Assembly: GCA_964492935.1 (NCBI GenBank)
Contig: CAZBLF010000002.1
Coordinates: 45,449-65,448, forward strand
Source of the DNA: an uncultured Methanosarcinales archaeon
GTDB lineage: Archaea > Nanobdellota > Nanobdellia > Woesearchaeales > JACPBV01
DNA length: 20,000 nucleotides
Direction: 5' to 3'
This document shows, in pieces, positions 1 through 8,500 of the stretch. The notes beneath the pieces are model-generated. The model worked only from the letters and a program-made list of their open reading frames with translations, made no database searches and was not told where the DNA came from. The position numbers and the translations under genes are program-made. How positions within the stretch are numbered: the first letter of the stretch is position 1; every line of letters starts with the position of its first letter.

Positions 1-741
1 ATATTGCAGGAAAAACAATTCCTCGAGATGAAGGGTGCCGACTTCGAAAAAGTCCTCGAAGAGTATGATATTTCTAAATTACCAAAGAAAAAGACGCTAT
101 GGCAAATAGGAGAAATTAGAGCTCTCTATAGAAGAAACCTCGCCCTCTCTGATGAAGAAAAAGTCAGAGCGTTCAAACAACTGCTTGACGAGATGGGACC
201 CGTAAGACTTGAGAAATATTACCGGAGAATTTTTCTCATCATGACAAAAGCGGAGAAGATACTAGTCAAACTTAAAAAAGCCAATCCCGGAAATGCCTTA
301 ATCAAGGAAAGCGAAAAACCCATGGAAGTTCCAGAAGTAGTAGACGGCCCAGAAGTTCCCAAGGAGATCATTGTCCCCTATCCAAAAGAAAAACTACCTT
401 CCATGGACGATATTGGGTTTCTGATAACACATGGCACCCTATTTTCTATTTTTACTGCATCACTTACAGGTGGACTGTGGACGGGTGCTTTTTCGTTTAT
501 GTCAGCAATTCAATATATAGGGTGGGCCTCCGGACTAGTTCCTCTTGCCTTAGTCATCGCCATATCATTTTGGTTTGTGAAAAAAAAAGATGATGAGGTA
601 TCCAACACTCATAAAAAAGACATTAAATCTCATAGCATTTCTAACACAAGGCGGATCCCTCAAAATATACGATACAGAGGGTATAATCCCCGAACCTGGA
701 CCGATAAGAGTATAGAATTCGACCAAACTCAAGCAGGATAA
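1..741 (+). CDS. Hypothetical membrane protein, 5'-truncated by the window edge
   Basis: The frame is open from the window start to TAA at 739-741. A charged helical N-part is followed by two hydrophobic segments (IGFLITHGTLFSIFTASLTGGLW; WASGLVPLALVIAISFWFV followed by KKK). Confidence 0.6.
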   Translation: MLQEKQFLEMKGADFEKVLEEYDISKLPKKKTLWQIGEIRALYRRNLALSDEEKVRAFKQLLDEMGPVRLEKYYRRIFLIMTKAEKILVKLKKANPGNALIKESEKPMEVPEVVDGPEVPKEIIVPYPKEKLPSMDDIGFLITHGTLFSIFTASLTGGLWTGAFSFMSAIQYIGWASGLVPLALVIAISFWFVKKKDDEVSNTHKKDIKSHSISNTRRIPQNIRYRGYNPRTWTDKSIEFDQTQAG

Positions 742-792
742 AAAAGAGCATCAAAATCAAGAATACTAAAAAAAATAATTCTTTTCTAGCAT

Positions 793-2082
793 CTAACCCA
801 ACCCATAATCATCAAGAACTTCTCGCTCATTAATCTCTCCACGCAAATTAGTAACCATCAACCGCTTAATCTGTTCAGGATCTTTATAATTGCCAAGCAA
901 CCAAGACAATTTAATGAGTGCAGTCTCCGGAAGCATATCATTACAGTAAAGACATCCTATCGATGACAACCTGCGCAAATTAACATACACAGACGGATGC
1001 ACCCCACCAAAGAGACATTGCGAGGTTACCGCAACAAACCCTCCTTCTGCAATATACTTTTTGAGCGTAGCATGATTCTTCAGATTCTCTTCGCCTAGAT
1101 TGGTAGGCGCGTGTCCCAGGCCCGTCCCCTCAAGCACAAAACCTTTGTAATGACCAGCAAAAAATTCGTACAACCGATTCTTCATGACGGGATGTACTTT
1201 CAACAATCCCGTATCTTTTTCGAAGCGATCCTTCACAATGAGTGTATCGTCTTCAGTTTTCCTACCATAGTCCTGCTTCAGATAGTTGATATCTTTTGTC
1301 TTATAATTGACCAACGCAAGGGGAGTATCATTAATCGCCTTAAACGCATCTCTCCGCGAGGTATGCATCTTTCTTGTTTTCGTTGCCGGAAGGATAGCAC
1401 ATTCATCATCGTTGACCGAATTATGCATACAAATGGCTACACCTGTAAAATCAGTTTTGGCAATAAATTCCGCAGCGCAAATCAAGTTCATAGTGGCATC
1501 CGTACTTGCCCTATCCGGAGACCGCTGCGCACCAACAATGATCACAGGAATATTTATCTTCTCAAACACAAAAGCGAGAGCAGCCGCCGTATACGCAAGT
1601 GTATCAGTACCATGACCGATAATGACGCCCTGAACCTTTTGTTCCGCATACTTCCGAACTGCATCAGAAATTTTCTTGTAATCCTCAATCAACATATCCT
1701 CGGACATCATATTGGCGACAAGTTCAGTTTCAATGTTCGCAATATCTCGAAGCTCGGGAACCATTGCAAGCATATCCTCAACCGAGAATTTAGCAACAAC
1801 TCCACCCGTCTCATAATCCACTTTACTTGCTATCGTACCACCCGTATGCAATATCGCAATGGTCGGCAATCCCTTTTTACTAACAACCTTCTCGAACGTT
1901 TCAGTATGTTCCTTTCGAGCACCAACCGTTTTCACAGAAGTAATCTTCTCTTTGGCAATCCCCATATTATATCCAGAATCAAGCTTCAAAACAACCGCAT
2001 CCGTCTCCTCATTCGGCATCAACGTACCAGAAAAAGTCTTGTCCTTAGTAACAACCTCAACCGTATCTCCAGGATTCGCCAT
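793..2082 (-). CDS. gatD: Glutamyl-tRNA(Gln) amidotransferase subunit D
   Basis: GatD N-domain (VVLKLDSGYNMG) and asparaginase motifs HTGGTIASKVDY, HGTDT, GAQRSPDR and KMHTSRRDAF. Likely start is MANPGD at 2082, with a TTTATA box ~25 nt upstream on the minus strand, rather than 2106. Confidence 0.95.
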   Translation of the reverse strand: MANPGDTVEVVTKDKTFSGTLMPNEETDAVVLKLDSGYNMGIAKEKITSVKTVGARKEHTETFEKVVSKKGLPTIAILHTGGTIASKVDYETGGVVAKFSVEDMLAMVPELRDIANIETELVANMMSEDMLIEDYKKISDAVRKYAEQKVQGVIIGHGTDTLAYTAAALAFVFEKINIPVIIVGAQRSPDRASTDATMNLICAAEFIAKTDFTGVAICMHNSVNDDECAILPATKTRKMHTSRRDAFKAINDTPLALVNYKTKDINYLKQDYGRKTEDDTLIVKDRFEKDTGLLKVHPVMKNRLYEFFAGHYKGFVLEGTGLGHAPTNLGEENLKNHATLKKYIAEGGFVAVTSQCLFGGVHPSVYVNLRRLSSIGCLYCNDMLPETALIKLSWLLGNYKDPEQIKRLMVTNLRGEINEREVLDDYGLG

Positions 2083-2119
2083 ACTCAAGATAGAACCAAG
2101 ATGCAATATAAATCTTCCG

Positions 2120-2542
2120 CTACTTTACCCGAGCGCCATCAACAAGACTGGCAATCGGTTTCCGATCAAAAAACGTCTCATCGATCTCATGCCAAAAGCT
2201 AACCTGCTTCTCGCCCAACTGCCAACATAACAGAATATCACGTTTATTAAACTTAGAAAAGAAATACACAATCCCCTCCTCGACCGAATGCACCACCGCA
2301 CCCAATCGAAACAACTTCTCATGCTCATTAAAGAACTGAAACGAAAGCTGGTGAAACTTCTTATCATACTGCACATCATACGTCACCGCATCATAATAGT
2401 CATCATACACCACCTCAATTGAAGAAAGCGTATTCAAAGCATTATCCAACCGAATCATCTTCCGTAAAGAACGTTTAACCGTGCCAAGCATACGATTAGC
2501 CTGTTGTAAAGAAAGATACCGCTTAGGTATTTGAAGAACCAT
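2120..2542 (-). CDS. DUF2203-family protein
   Basis: N-terminal 'YLSLQQANRML' and C-terminal 'GIVYF...ILLCWQLGEKQVSFWHEIDETFFDRKPI' match the DUF2203 pattern as I recall it. Confidence 0.75.
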   Translation of the reverse strand: MVLQIPKRYLSLQQANRMLGTVKRSLRKMIRLDNALNTLSSIEVVYDDYYDAVTYDVQYDKKFHQLSFQFFNEHEKLFRLGAVVHSVEEGIVYFFSKFNKRDILLCWQLGEKQVSFWHEIDETFFDRKPIASLVDGARVK

Positions 2543-2571
2543 ACCGATTTAGAATCAAACAAACTATAAAA

Positions 2572-2875
2572 ACATTTGTTTTCCCCAGTCTATACAACCG
2601 GGAAAGGAAATGTGTTCAGTCACCACAAGTTACTGACACATTTGTTTTCCCCAGTCTATACAACCGGGAAAGGAAATGTGTTCAGTCACCACNNNNNNNN
2701 NNNNNNNNNNNNNNNNNNNNNNNNNNNNNNNNNNNNNNNNNNNNNNNNNNNNNNNNNNNNNNNNNNNNNNNNNNNNNNNNNNNNNNNNNNNNAAGTTACT
2801 GACACATTTGTTTTCCCCAGTCTATACAACCGGGAAAGGAAATGTGCTCAATCGCCGAAGGTTATTGACATATTT
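2572..2875. repeat. Tandem 66-bp repeat of double-hairpin units, interrupted by a 100-N scaffold gap (2693-2792)
   Basis: Unit ACATTTGTTTTCCCCAGTCTATACAACCGGGAAAGGAAATGTGTTCAGTCACCACAAGTTACTGAC starts at 2572, 2638 and 2804. The last copy diverges in its 3' third (TGTGCTCAATCGCCGAAGGTTATTGAC). Confidence 0.85.
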
Positions 2876-2888
2876 CTGTACTCAAACA

Positions 2889-4007
2889 TCAAAACAGATG
2901 CTTCACATACCGAGCCAGACGCGGCTCAGCAAAGAATAACTTCAACAAAAACGAAGCAGGATATTCGCGGTCACTCTTCCGCATCACCTTCTGCACCCGC
3001 TTACTCCCCATATACGAAATCAGTCTATTATAATCTGCATCCGAGAAAGTATCCAACATCTGACGGATCTTCAGGTGCGTGAACAAATTAAAGCCCGTCT
3101 CCTTTCGCCACGCTCGATCATAAGACGTGCCATCTTTCAAGGCCGACACCAAACCTCGAGCCGCCTTCATCCCCGGAATAATGCCTCCACCGGTCGTAGC
3201 CTTCACGTGACCGCCAGCATCGCCAACCAAATAAATCCCGTTCTCGTAACAAGTAATCAAACCATCATACCTCGGAATTAAACCACCCAGATAACGAACC
3301 ACCTCCTCCTTGTACGACTTCCCAAAGCGCATCTCCATAAACTTCTTGAAATGAAAGGAAGCACGAGAACGAACAGCAAGCCCCACAACCGCAGTTGTCG
3401 AAGACGAAGGAACCACCCAAGCAAAGAACCCCTTACAAAAGTCATTGTTCAAATACACCTCATACTGACCCTTATCAAAGCTACCCGAAATAACCGCCTG
3501 CGGCCCAATCCAGTGCTTCCGAGTAAGATCAGGATTCAACAACTTAGCGAGAGAAGAATTCGGACCATCAGCCCCCACTAAAGTATCAAAAGAATGCTCC
3601 TCCTCTTTCCCCTCATGCGAAATAACAAACTTTTTCTCCTTCACATCACAAGAAACCATCTTATGCGAGCGATGCAGCTTAGCGCCCTCTTTCACCGCAA
3701 GACCCACAAAGTATTCATCCAACTTAACCCTATCTACCACAATATCATTTGTCGGCAAAATACAAGACTTCCCATTCGGCCCAATCACCTTCACCGAAGT
3801 CAATTTATTAAGCAACACATCCGAAGGCAAATCCACCATCTTCAAAATTGAGGAAGTAATAATGCCGGTACAATGACACGGCTCCCCAATCACCTTGTGA
3901 TCTTCATAAATAGAAACCGAATATCCAGCCTTCCCCAAGAGATAGCCAGAATACCCACCAATCGTGCCAGCACCGATGAGTGAAACTTTTTCATTTTTCT
4001 GAGCCAT
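2889..4007 (-). CDS. Geranylgeranyl reductase-family NAD(P)/FAD oxidoreductase
   Basis: GAGTIGG Rossmann motif, PCHCTG, DRVKLD, VGADGPNS, FFAWVVP and LVGDAGGHVKATTGGGI. Confidence 0.85.
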   Translation of the reverse strand: MAQKNEKVSLIGAGTIGGYSGYLLGKAGYSVSIYEDHKVIGEPCHCTGIITSSILKMVDLPSDVLLNKLTSVKVIGPNGKSCILPTNDIVVDRVKLDEYFVGLAVKEGAKLHRSHKMVSCDVKEKKFVISHEGKEEEHSFDTLVGADGPNSSLAKLLNPDLTRKHWIGPQAVISGSFDKGQYEVYLNNDFCKGFFAWVVPSSSTTAVVGLAVRSRASFHFKKFMEMRFGKSYKEEVVRYLGGLIPRYDGLITCYENGIYLVGDAGGHVKATTGGGIIPGMKAARGLVSALKDGTSYDRAWRKETGFNLFTHLKIRQMLDTFSDADYNRLISYMGSKRVQKVMRKSDREYPASFLLKLFFAEPRLARYVKHLF

Positions 4008-4060
4008 GATGTAGCGGATACACTAATTCTATTTATATCTTAGTGCATAGCAATCAAGAA

Positions 4061-5716
4061 CTATGCAGCAAGTGACATGATTTTCTCAGAAACGGCATAC
4101 TGCTTACCCTCTGCAAATCGTTCAATTTGCTCCAAACAAAATTGAATCTCTAAAAGACGATCAACCTCTTCAGCGTGGAAGTAGGGAGTTTTGGAGTCAA
4201 TTTTGCTCTCAAAGAATTCAACGAGAGTTGACCCATGCTGCTGCGAAAATTGAGTATCATTTTTCATGAGTTGAGCCACTTTATCTAATAGCTTCTGAGA
4301 ACTTTTTACGATGATCAGATAGAGTCGCATGGCGTAGAGATTGGTTCCCTCCAATTCAATGTTCAATACTGATTTGTATCCATGAAAAAAGTTCGTGATG
4401 GTCTTCTCAACGAACGCATTATCAAGTTTCTCCTTAAATTGCCAGTTGCGAATAGATGCAACGACCCTCCCCACATCGGCCAATGGATCTCCCGGTTTAG
4501 AGTCATCATAATCGACAATAATCACTGTTTCGGGGTGAGCGACAAAAAAGAAATTATCCAGGTGTGCATCTCCATGGATAATCGAGAGATAGTGTGTCTT
4601 GTATCTGTCTCGAATACGCATGAATTCCTGGTACACCTGCTCAGATAACAACCCCTCTCGCTCTAAGAGTTTAATATGATTTTTTAATCGCTCAAAATCC
4701 TTAGTATACCCTTTACTAAAGAGAAGGCGAGGACTATATGACGAGACTTTATTCAGCGTCCTCTTATGTATCTGCGCAAGTGATTGACCGAGTGTGTAAA
4801 ATGCAATATTGGTCTGTCGGGAGCGAGAAGTCAAAAGCTTTCTAATTGGCAATCCTTTCACCTTCTCACAAACAATCTCATTATCACTGACCCGCACGAG
4901 TTTGGGAATGAGGCCACCGGCAGCCGCAATAAATTTACGAGCCCGACGAGACTCATCAAATGCCCCTTCCTCCGTGAATGCCTTTGCTACGTATTCGCAA
5001 TCGGAGCTCGTTTTTACAAGCAGCACAGGATTCTTAAATCCTCCGCCAAGTTTAATTCTCTTTTCGATAGAGAAGTCTACACGGTCACCATCAAATTCCT
5101 TCAACTCTCGTTCGAGTTCCTTTGCACAGACCTCATAGGTATTTTCCTGAATAACCTCAAGATCGTAGGTTTTAAGAAGATCTGTTATCTGAAAAAGTAA
5201 GTCATTAAGATCCTCAGATTGGATTGAATACAAAATAGCACCTTCCCGCTTAATCAAATATACTAGCTTATCCTTGGCGTTGTTCTGATTGATCATACCG
5301 CTATATTTTCGAAACCACTTCACCTGAAGGTAAATTGTCTTCTCAAGAATTCGAAGCTGTCGGAAAAGGGTGCGAAGATCCTTGATGATCTTTTCTTCCC
5401 GAACCTTCTTTTTTGAGTTTATCTCTTTGTCGCAAATTTCCATGAGCGCACGAATATTTTTTCCTATACCCACAATTTCCTTTTGAATCAGTTGATCTTC
5501 GGTAAGATTTACTCCCATGATCTCCCCGAACTCATCCCGCATTCGGATAAGCTCTTCTTCATCCCACTTCTCAGAAAAAGCCTGCACCAGTTGAAGTTTC
5601 CTTTTATACTCCTGAAGATAGGTCTTGATCGCAGATATATGTTTTTTCGCAGAGGTGTTTAAGAATGCTATCGATTCACGAGAAAGAACATTTCCAAACA
5701 AGCTATGAATGACCAC
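4061..5716 (-). CDS. Aminoglycoside-phosphotransferase/choline-kinase-like protein kinase-fold protein with long N-terminal helical region
   Basis: Kinase-fold motifs LGGGFKN, YVAK, LAQIH, IIHGDAHLDN, IVDYDD and GDPLADVG. The start codon is uncertain. Confidence 0.7.
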   Translation of the reverse strand: MVIHSLFGNVLSRESIAFLNTSAKKHISAIKTYLQEYKRKLQLVQAFSEKWDEEELIRMRDEFGEIMGVNLTEDQLIQKEIVGIGKNIRALMEICDKEINSKKKVREEKIIKDLRTLFRQLRILEKTIYLQVKWFRKYSGMINQNNAKDKLVYLIKREGAILYSIQSEDLNDLLFQITDLLKTYDLEVIQENTYEVCAKELERELKEFDGDRVDFSIEKRIKLGGGFKNPVLLVKTSSDCEYVAKAFTEEGAFDESRRARKFIAAAGGLIPKLVRVSDNEIVCEKVKGLPIRKLLTSRSRQTNIAFYTLGQSLAQIHKRTLNKVSSYSPRLLFSKGYTKDFERLKNHIKLLEREGLLSEQVYQEFMRIRDRYKTHYLSIIHGDAHLDNFFFVAHPETVIIVDYDDSKPGDPLADVGRVVASIRNWQFKEKLDNAFVEKTITNFFHGYKSVLNIELEGTNLYAMRLYLIIVKSSQKLLDKVAQLMKNDTQFSQQHGSTLVEFFESKIDSKTPYFHAEEVDRLLEIQFCLEQIERFAEGKQYAVSEKIMSLAA

Positions 5717-5902
5717 GAATAGATTTTAGCAGAGGGAGTTAAAAGCTTTTCGGTGAATTGAATTAGTTAAAGGAAAACCCATATATTTATTAATGCTCCG
5801 CTACTACACAAGCTAATGAAATTCATGCAAAAGCTCAAACAAAAAATGCATGACAACAAGTTCCAGAGAGAAGCAAAAAACAGAAGAAACAAAGGTGATA
5901 CC

Positions 5903-6682
5903 ATGTCAGCATCTATCGATTTAAAAGGAAAAAAAGCAGTTGTCTTTGGAGTAGCAACCGACAAATCTATCGGATGGTCCATCGCAAAAGCGTTAAACGA
6001 CGCAGGCTGCCAAATAGCATTAGGCTATCAAGAACGAGCAGAAGAATACGTAAAAGAACTAGCAAAAGAATTGAAAGACCCCTTCCTAGCACCCTGTGAT
6101 ATGGTTGCAGACGAATTCATAGAAAACTTCTTTGAAAAAGTAGAAAAAGAATTCGGAAAGTTCGATTTCTTAATCCATTCAGTAGCCTTCGCAAAGAAAG
6201 ACTACTTGCAAGGAAAATTCTACGAAGTGCCTCGTAGAGCCTACAACACTGCTCAAGAAGTCTCAGCCTATTCACTTACCGCCATCACCAGAGAATCCGT
6301 AAAGAGAAAACTGCTCAACAAAGACGGAGCAATCCTGAGCATGACCTATCTAGGAAGCGTAATGGCCGTACAAAATTACAACGTCATGGGTGTAGCAAAA
6401 GCAGCCCTTGAATCCATTACCCGCTATCTAGCAATGGATCTAGGCGAGAACGGAATCAGAGTGAATGCAATCTCCGCCGGCCCCATCGCAACGATGGCCG
6501 CATCTGGCATCACCGGATTCGAAGACATTCTAAAACACGCAGAAAAGAAAGCACTCCTTAAAAGAAACATTAGCGCAGAAGACGTCGGCAATACCGCCCT
6601 CTTCCTCTGCAGCGACATGAGCAAGAACATCACCGGCCAAGTAATCTATGTAGATGCTGGATATAGCGTTAATGGATTATAA
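5903..6682 (+). CDS. fabI: Enoyl-ACP reductase (FabI-type SDR)
   Basis: GVATDKSIGWSIA, HSVAFA, SAYSL, MTYLGS, YNVMGVAKAALE (YxxMxxxK) and RVNAISAGPI. SD AGGTGA at 5893-5898 precedes ATG 5903. The frame is also open from ATG 5816. Confidence 0.9.
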   Translation: MSASIDLKGKKAVVFGVATDKSIGWSIAKALNDAGCQIALGYQERAEEYVKELAKELKDPFLAPCDMVADEFIENFFEKVEKEFGKFDFLIHSVAFAKKDYLQGKFYEVPRRAYNTAQEVSAYSLTAITRESVKRKLLNKDGAILSMTYLGSVMAVQNYNVMGVAKAALESITRYLAMDLGENGIRVNAISAGPIATMAASGITGFEDILKHAEKKALLKRNISAEDVGNTALFLCSDMSKNITGQVIYVDAGYSVNGL

Positions 6683-6684
6683 TC

Positions 6685-6873
6685 ATGGAACCAGGACTTC
6701 AAGACAAGTTAATCACAATGCAGCCAGATGTAAAACTGACTTCACTGGCAGACGCACTTAGCGAAGTAGCCGAACTGACAAAGTCAGGCAGTATTGATGA
6801 AGTCCTTGATGCCATGACTAAAATAGCGCCCATTCAGCCCCATCTCACGAGCGCATTGAATAAAAAGCCATGA
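6685..6873 (+). CDS. Small hypothetical protein (62 aa)
   Basis: ATG 2 nt after the fabI stop, with protein-like composition. Confidence 0.5.
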   Translation: MEPGLQDKLITMQPDVKLTSLADALSEVAELTKSGSIDEVLDAMTKIAPIQPHLTSALNKKP

Positions 6874-6924
6874 TTAGCAGTATTAGGACAAGCCGGAAAG
6901 ATTTTTAGAGCATATGGGACTCTC

Positions 6925-7284
6925 GTGAAAGCAGATAAAAAATACGCTGAATCAACCAAAGGCTATAATGCACACATAGCACACCGCCAGAATTATCCTG
7001 AAATACCTCAAGCAGTGATGGATCAATTCATGCAGGCGATGTCAGCGAAGAGAAAGTATCATGACTTCATCGTAGCCATGATCGATGGACAAGAGATTAT
7101 TTCTGGATCCTCTGGACCGGATTTCTGGGCGGCTAAGAAGAAGGTAGAGGGTTCAGTAGGGATTGTATCTCCTACCTCATTTATGGCATACCTCATAAGA
7201 GGGAAAGGAGACCCTCCAATCTACAATCGTCTTGATTCAGACGGCCAACCAGTAACTCCACCACCACACCCAACCAAAACCTAA
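6925..7284 (+). CDS. Hypothetical protein (119 aa)
   Basis: GTG start ~20 nt after an AAAGATTTTTAG promoter-like box. No recognisable motif. Confidence 0.5.
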   Translation: MKADKKYAESTKGYNAHIAHRQNYPEIPQAVMDQFMQAMSAKRKYHDFIVAMIDGQEIISGSSGPDFWAAKKKVEGSVGIVSPTSFMAYLIRGKGDPPIYNRLDSDGQPVTPPPHPTKT

Positions 7285-7308
7285 GACATAACCATTCTCA
7301 AACAACAA

Positions 7309-7318
7309 TATTTATAAA
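7309..7318 (+). promoter_or_regulatory. Putative archaeal TATA box upstream of carA
   Basis: TATTTATAAA at 7309-7318 in the intergenic region. SD AGGAGG at 7413-7418 precedes carA. Confidence 0.5.
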
Positions 7319-7423
7319 GCATTTCAGAGTCTATCTTATTTTTGAGATGACGTTACGATTTTCACCCAATCCCATTCTAAAGTTCGTTCTAAACATCTCT
7401 ATTTCTGACGTAAGGAGGCTACA

Positions 7424-8500
7424 ATGTACGCAGTTCTAGCCCTCAAAGACGGAACTATTTTTGAAGGCAAAGGCTTCGGTGCTATTAAAGAAACCGCCGG
7501 CGAAGTAGTCTTCAACACCTCCCTCGTCGGCTATGAAGAGTCACTTACCGACCCCTCTTACAAAGGCCAGCTCCTAACACTAACCTATCCGTTAGTAGGA
7601 AATTACGGCGTAAGAAAAGAACATTTCGAATCAGACAAAATCCAGGTGCAAGGATTTATCGTACGCGAGTTCCAGGAACACCACGCCCATAAAGACGCAA
7701 CCAAAACCATTCACGAATTTCTAAAGGAACACAATATTCCAGGCATCTCAGATATCGACACCCGTATGCTTACAATCAAAATCAGAGAGCACGGAGTCAT
7801 CAATGGTTGCATAAAAACCAGCGACAAACCCATAGACACCGCAGCATTAGTAAAAAAAGCAAAAGAGCTAGATGACTACGGAGAAAAGAATCTCCTACCA
7901 GAAGTTTCTGTTCGCGCCCCCGAGTTCATCGATGCAAAAGGAGAAAAAACAATCGCCATGATCGACACCGGAGTTAAACTTTCAATCATCAGAAATTTCA
8001 CGAAAAGAAAAATTAACGTTTGGAGATTTCCCTACAACACTACAGCAAATGAAATAAGAGAAAAGAACGTACAAGGACTCTTCATCGCCAACGGCCCAGG
8101 CAATCCAGAACAAGCAACAGAAGCAATCGAGGCAGTAAAACAACTAAAGGAAGAACTCCCCATCACCGGAATCTGCCTAGGAAATCAGATAGTTGCTTTA
8201 GCATTAGGCGGAAAAACCTACAAATTAAAGTTCGGCCACCGTGGAACAAATCAACCGGTAAAGAATATCAAAGAAAACAAAGTCTACATAACGAGCCAGA
8301 ACCACGGATTCGCCGTAGACAAAGAATCACTACGCAACACAGACTTAGAAGTCTCTTATATCAATCTCAACGATGGCAGCGTAGAAGGAATGCAACATAA
8401 ATCTCTACCCATCCAAACCGTCCAGATGCACCCCGAAGCGAATCCCGGACCGCAGGATACAAACGGATTTTTTGATGACATAGTGAGGAATCTAAAATGA
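7424..8500 (+). CDS. carA: Carbamoyl-phosphate synthase small subunit
   Basis: GEVVFNT, YEESLTDPSYKGQ, TYPLVGNYG, NGPGNP, catalytic GICLGNQ, KFGHRG, TSQNHGF and HPEA. Confidence 0.97.
   Translation: MYAVLALKDGTIFEGKGFGAIKETAGEVVFNTSLVGYEESLTDPSYKGQLLTLTYPLVGNYGVRKEHFESDKIQVQGFIVREFQEHHAHKDATKTIHEFLKEHNIPGISDIDTRMLTIKIREHGVINGCIKTSDKPIDTAALVKKAKELDDYGEKNLLPEVSVRAPEFIDAKGEKTIAMIDTGVKLSIIRNFTKRKINVWRFPYNTTANEIREKNVQGLFIANGPGNPEQATEAIEAVKQLKEELPITGICLGNQIVALALGGKTYKLKFGHRGTNQPVKNIKENKVYITSQNHGFAVDKESLRNTDLEVSYINLNDGSVEGMQHKSLPIQTVQMHPEANPGPQDTNGFFDDIVRNLK

Noticed and set aside
1111..2230. Long plus-strand ORFs opposite gatD (1111-2202 and others)
   Set aside because: Antisense shadows of a well-supported gene, with no motifs.
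2572..2875. CRISPR array (66-bp period)
   Set aside because: Whole units are identical, with no unique spacers, and there are no cas genes nearby.
2576..3082. ORFs 2576-3082 and 2676-2939
   Set aside because: Artefacts of reading through the repeat and N gap. They overlap the reductase gene on the opposite strand.
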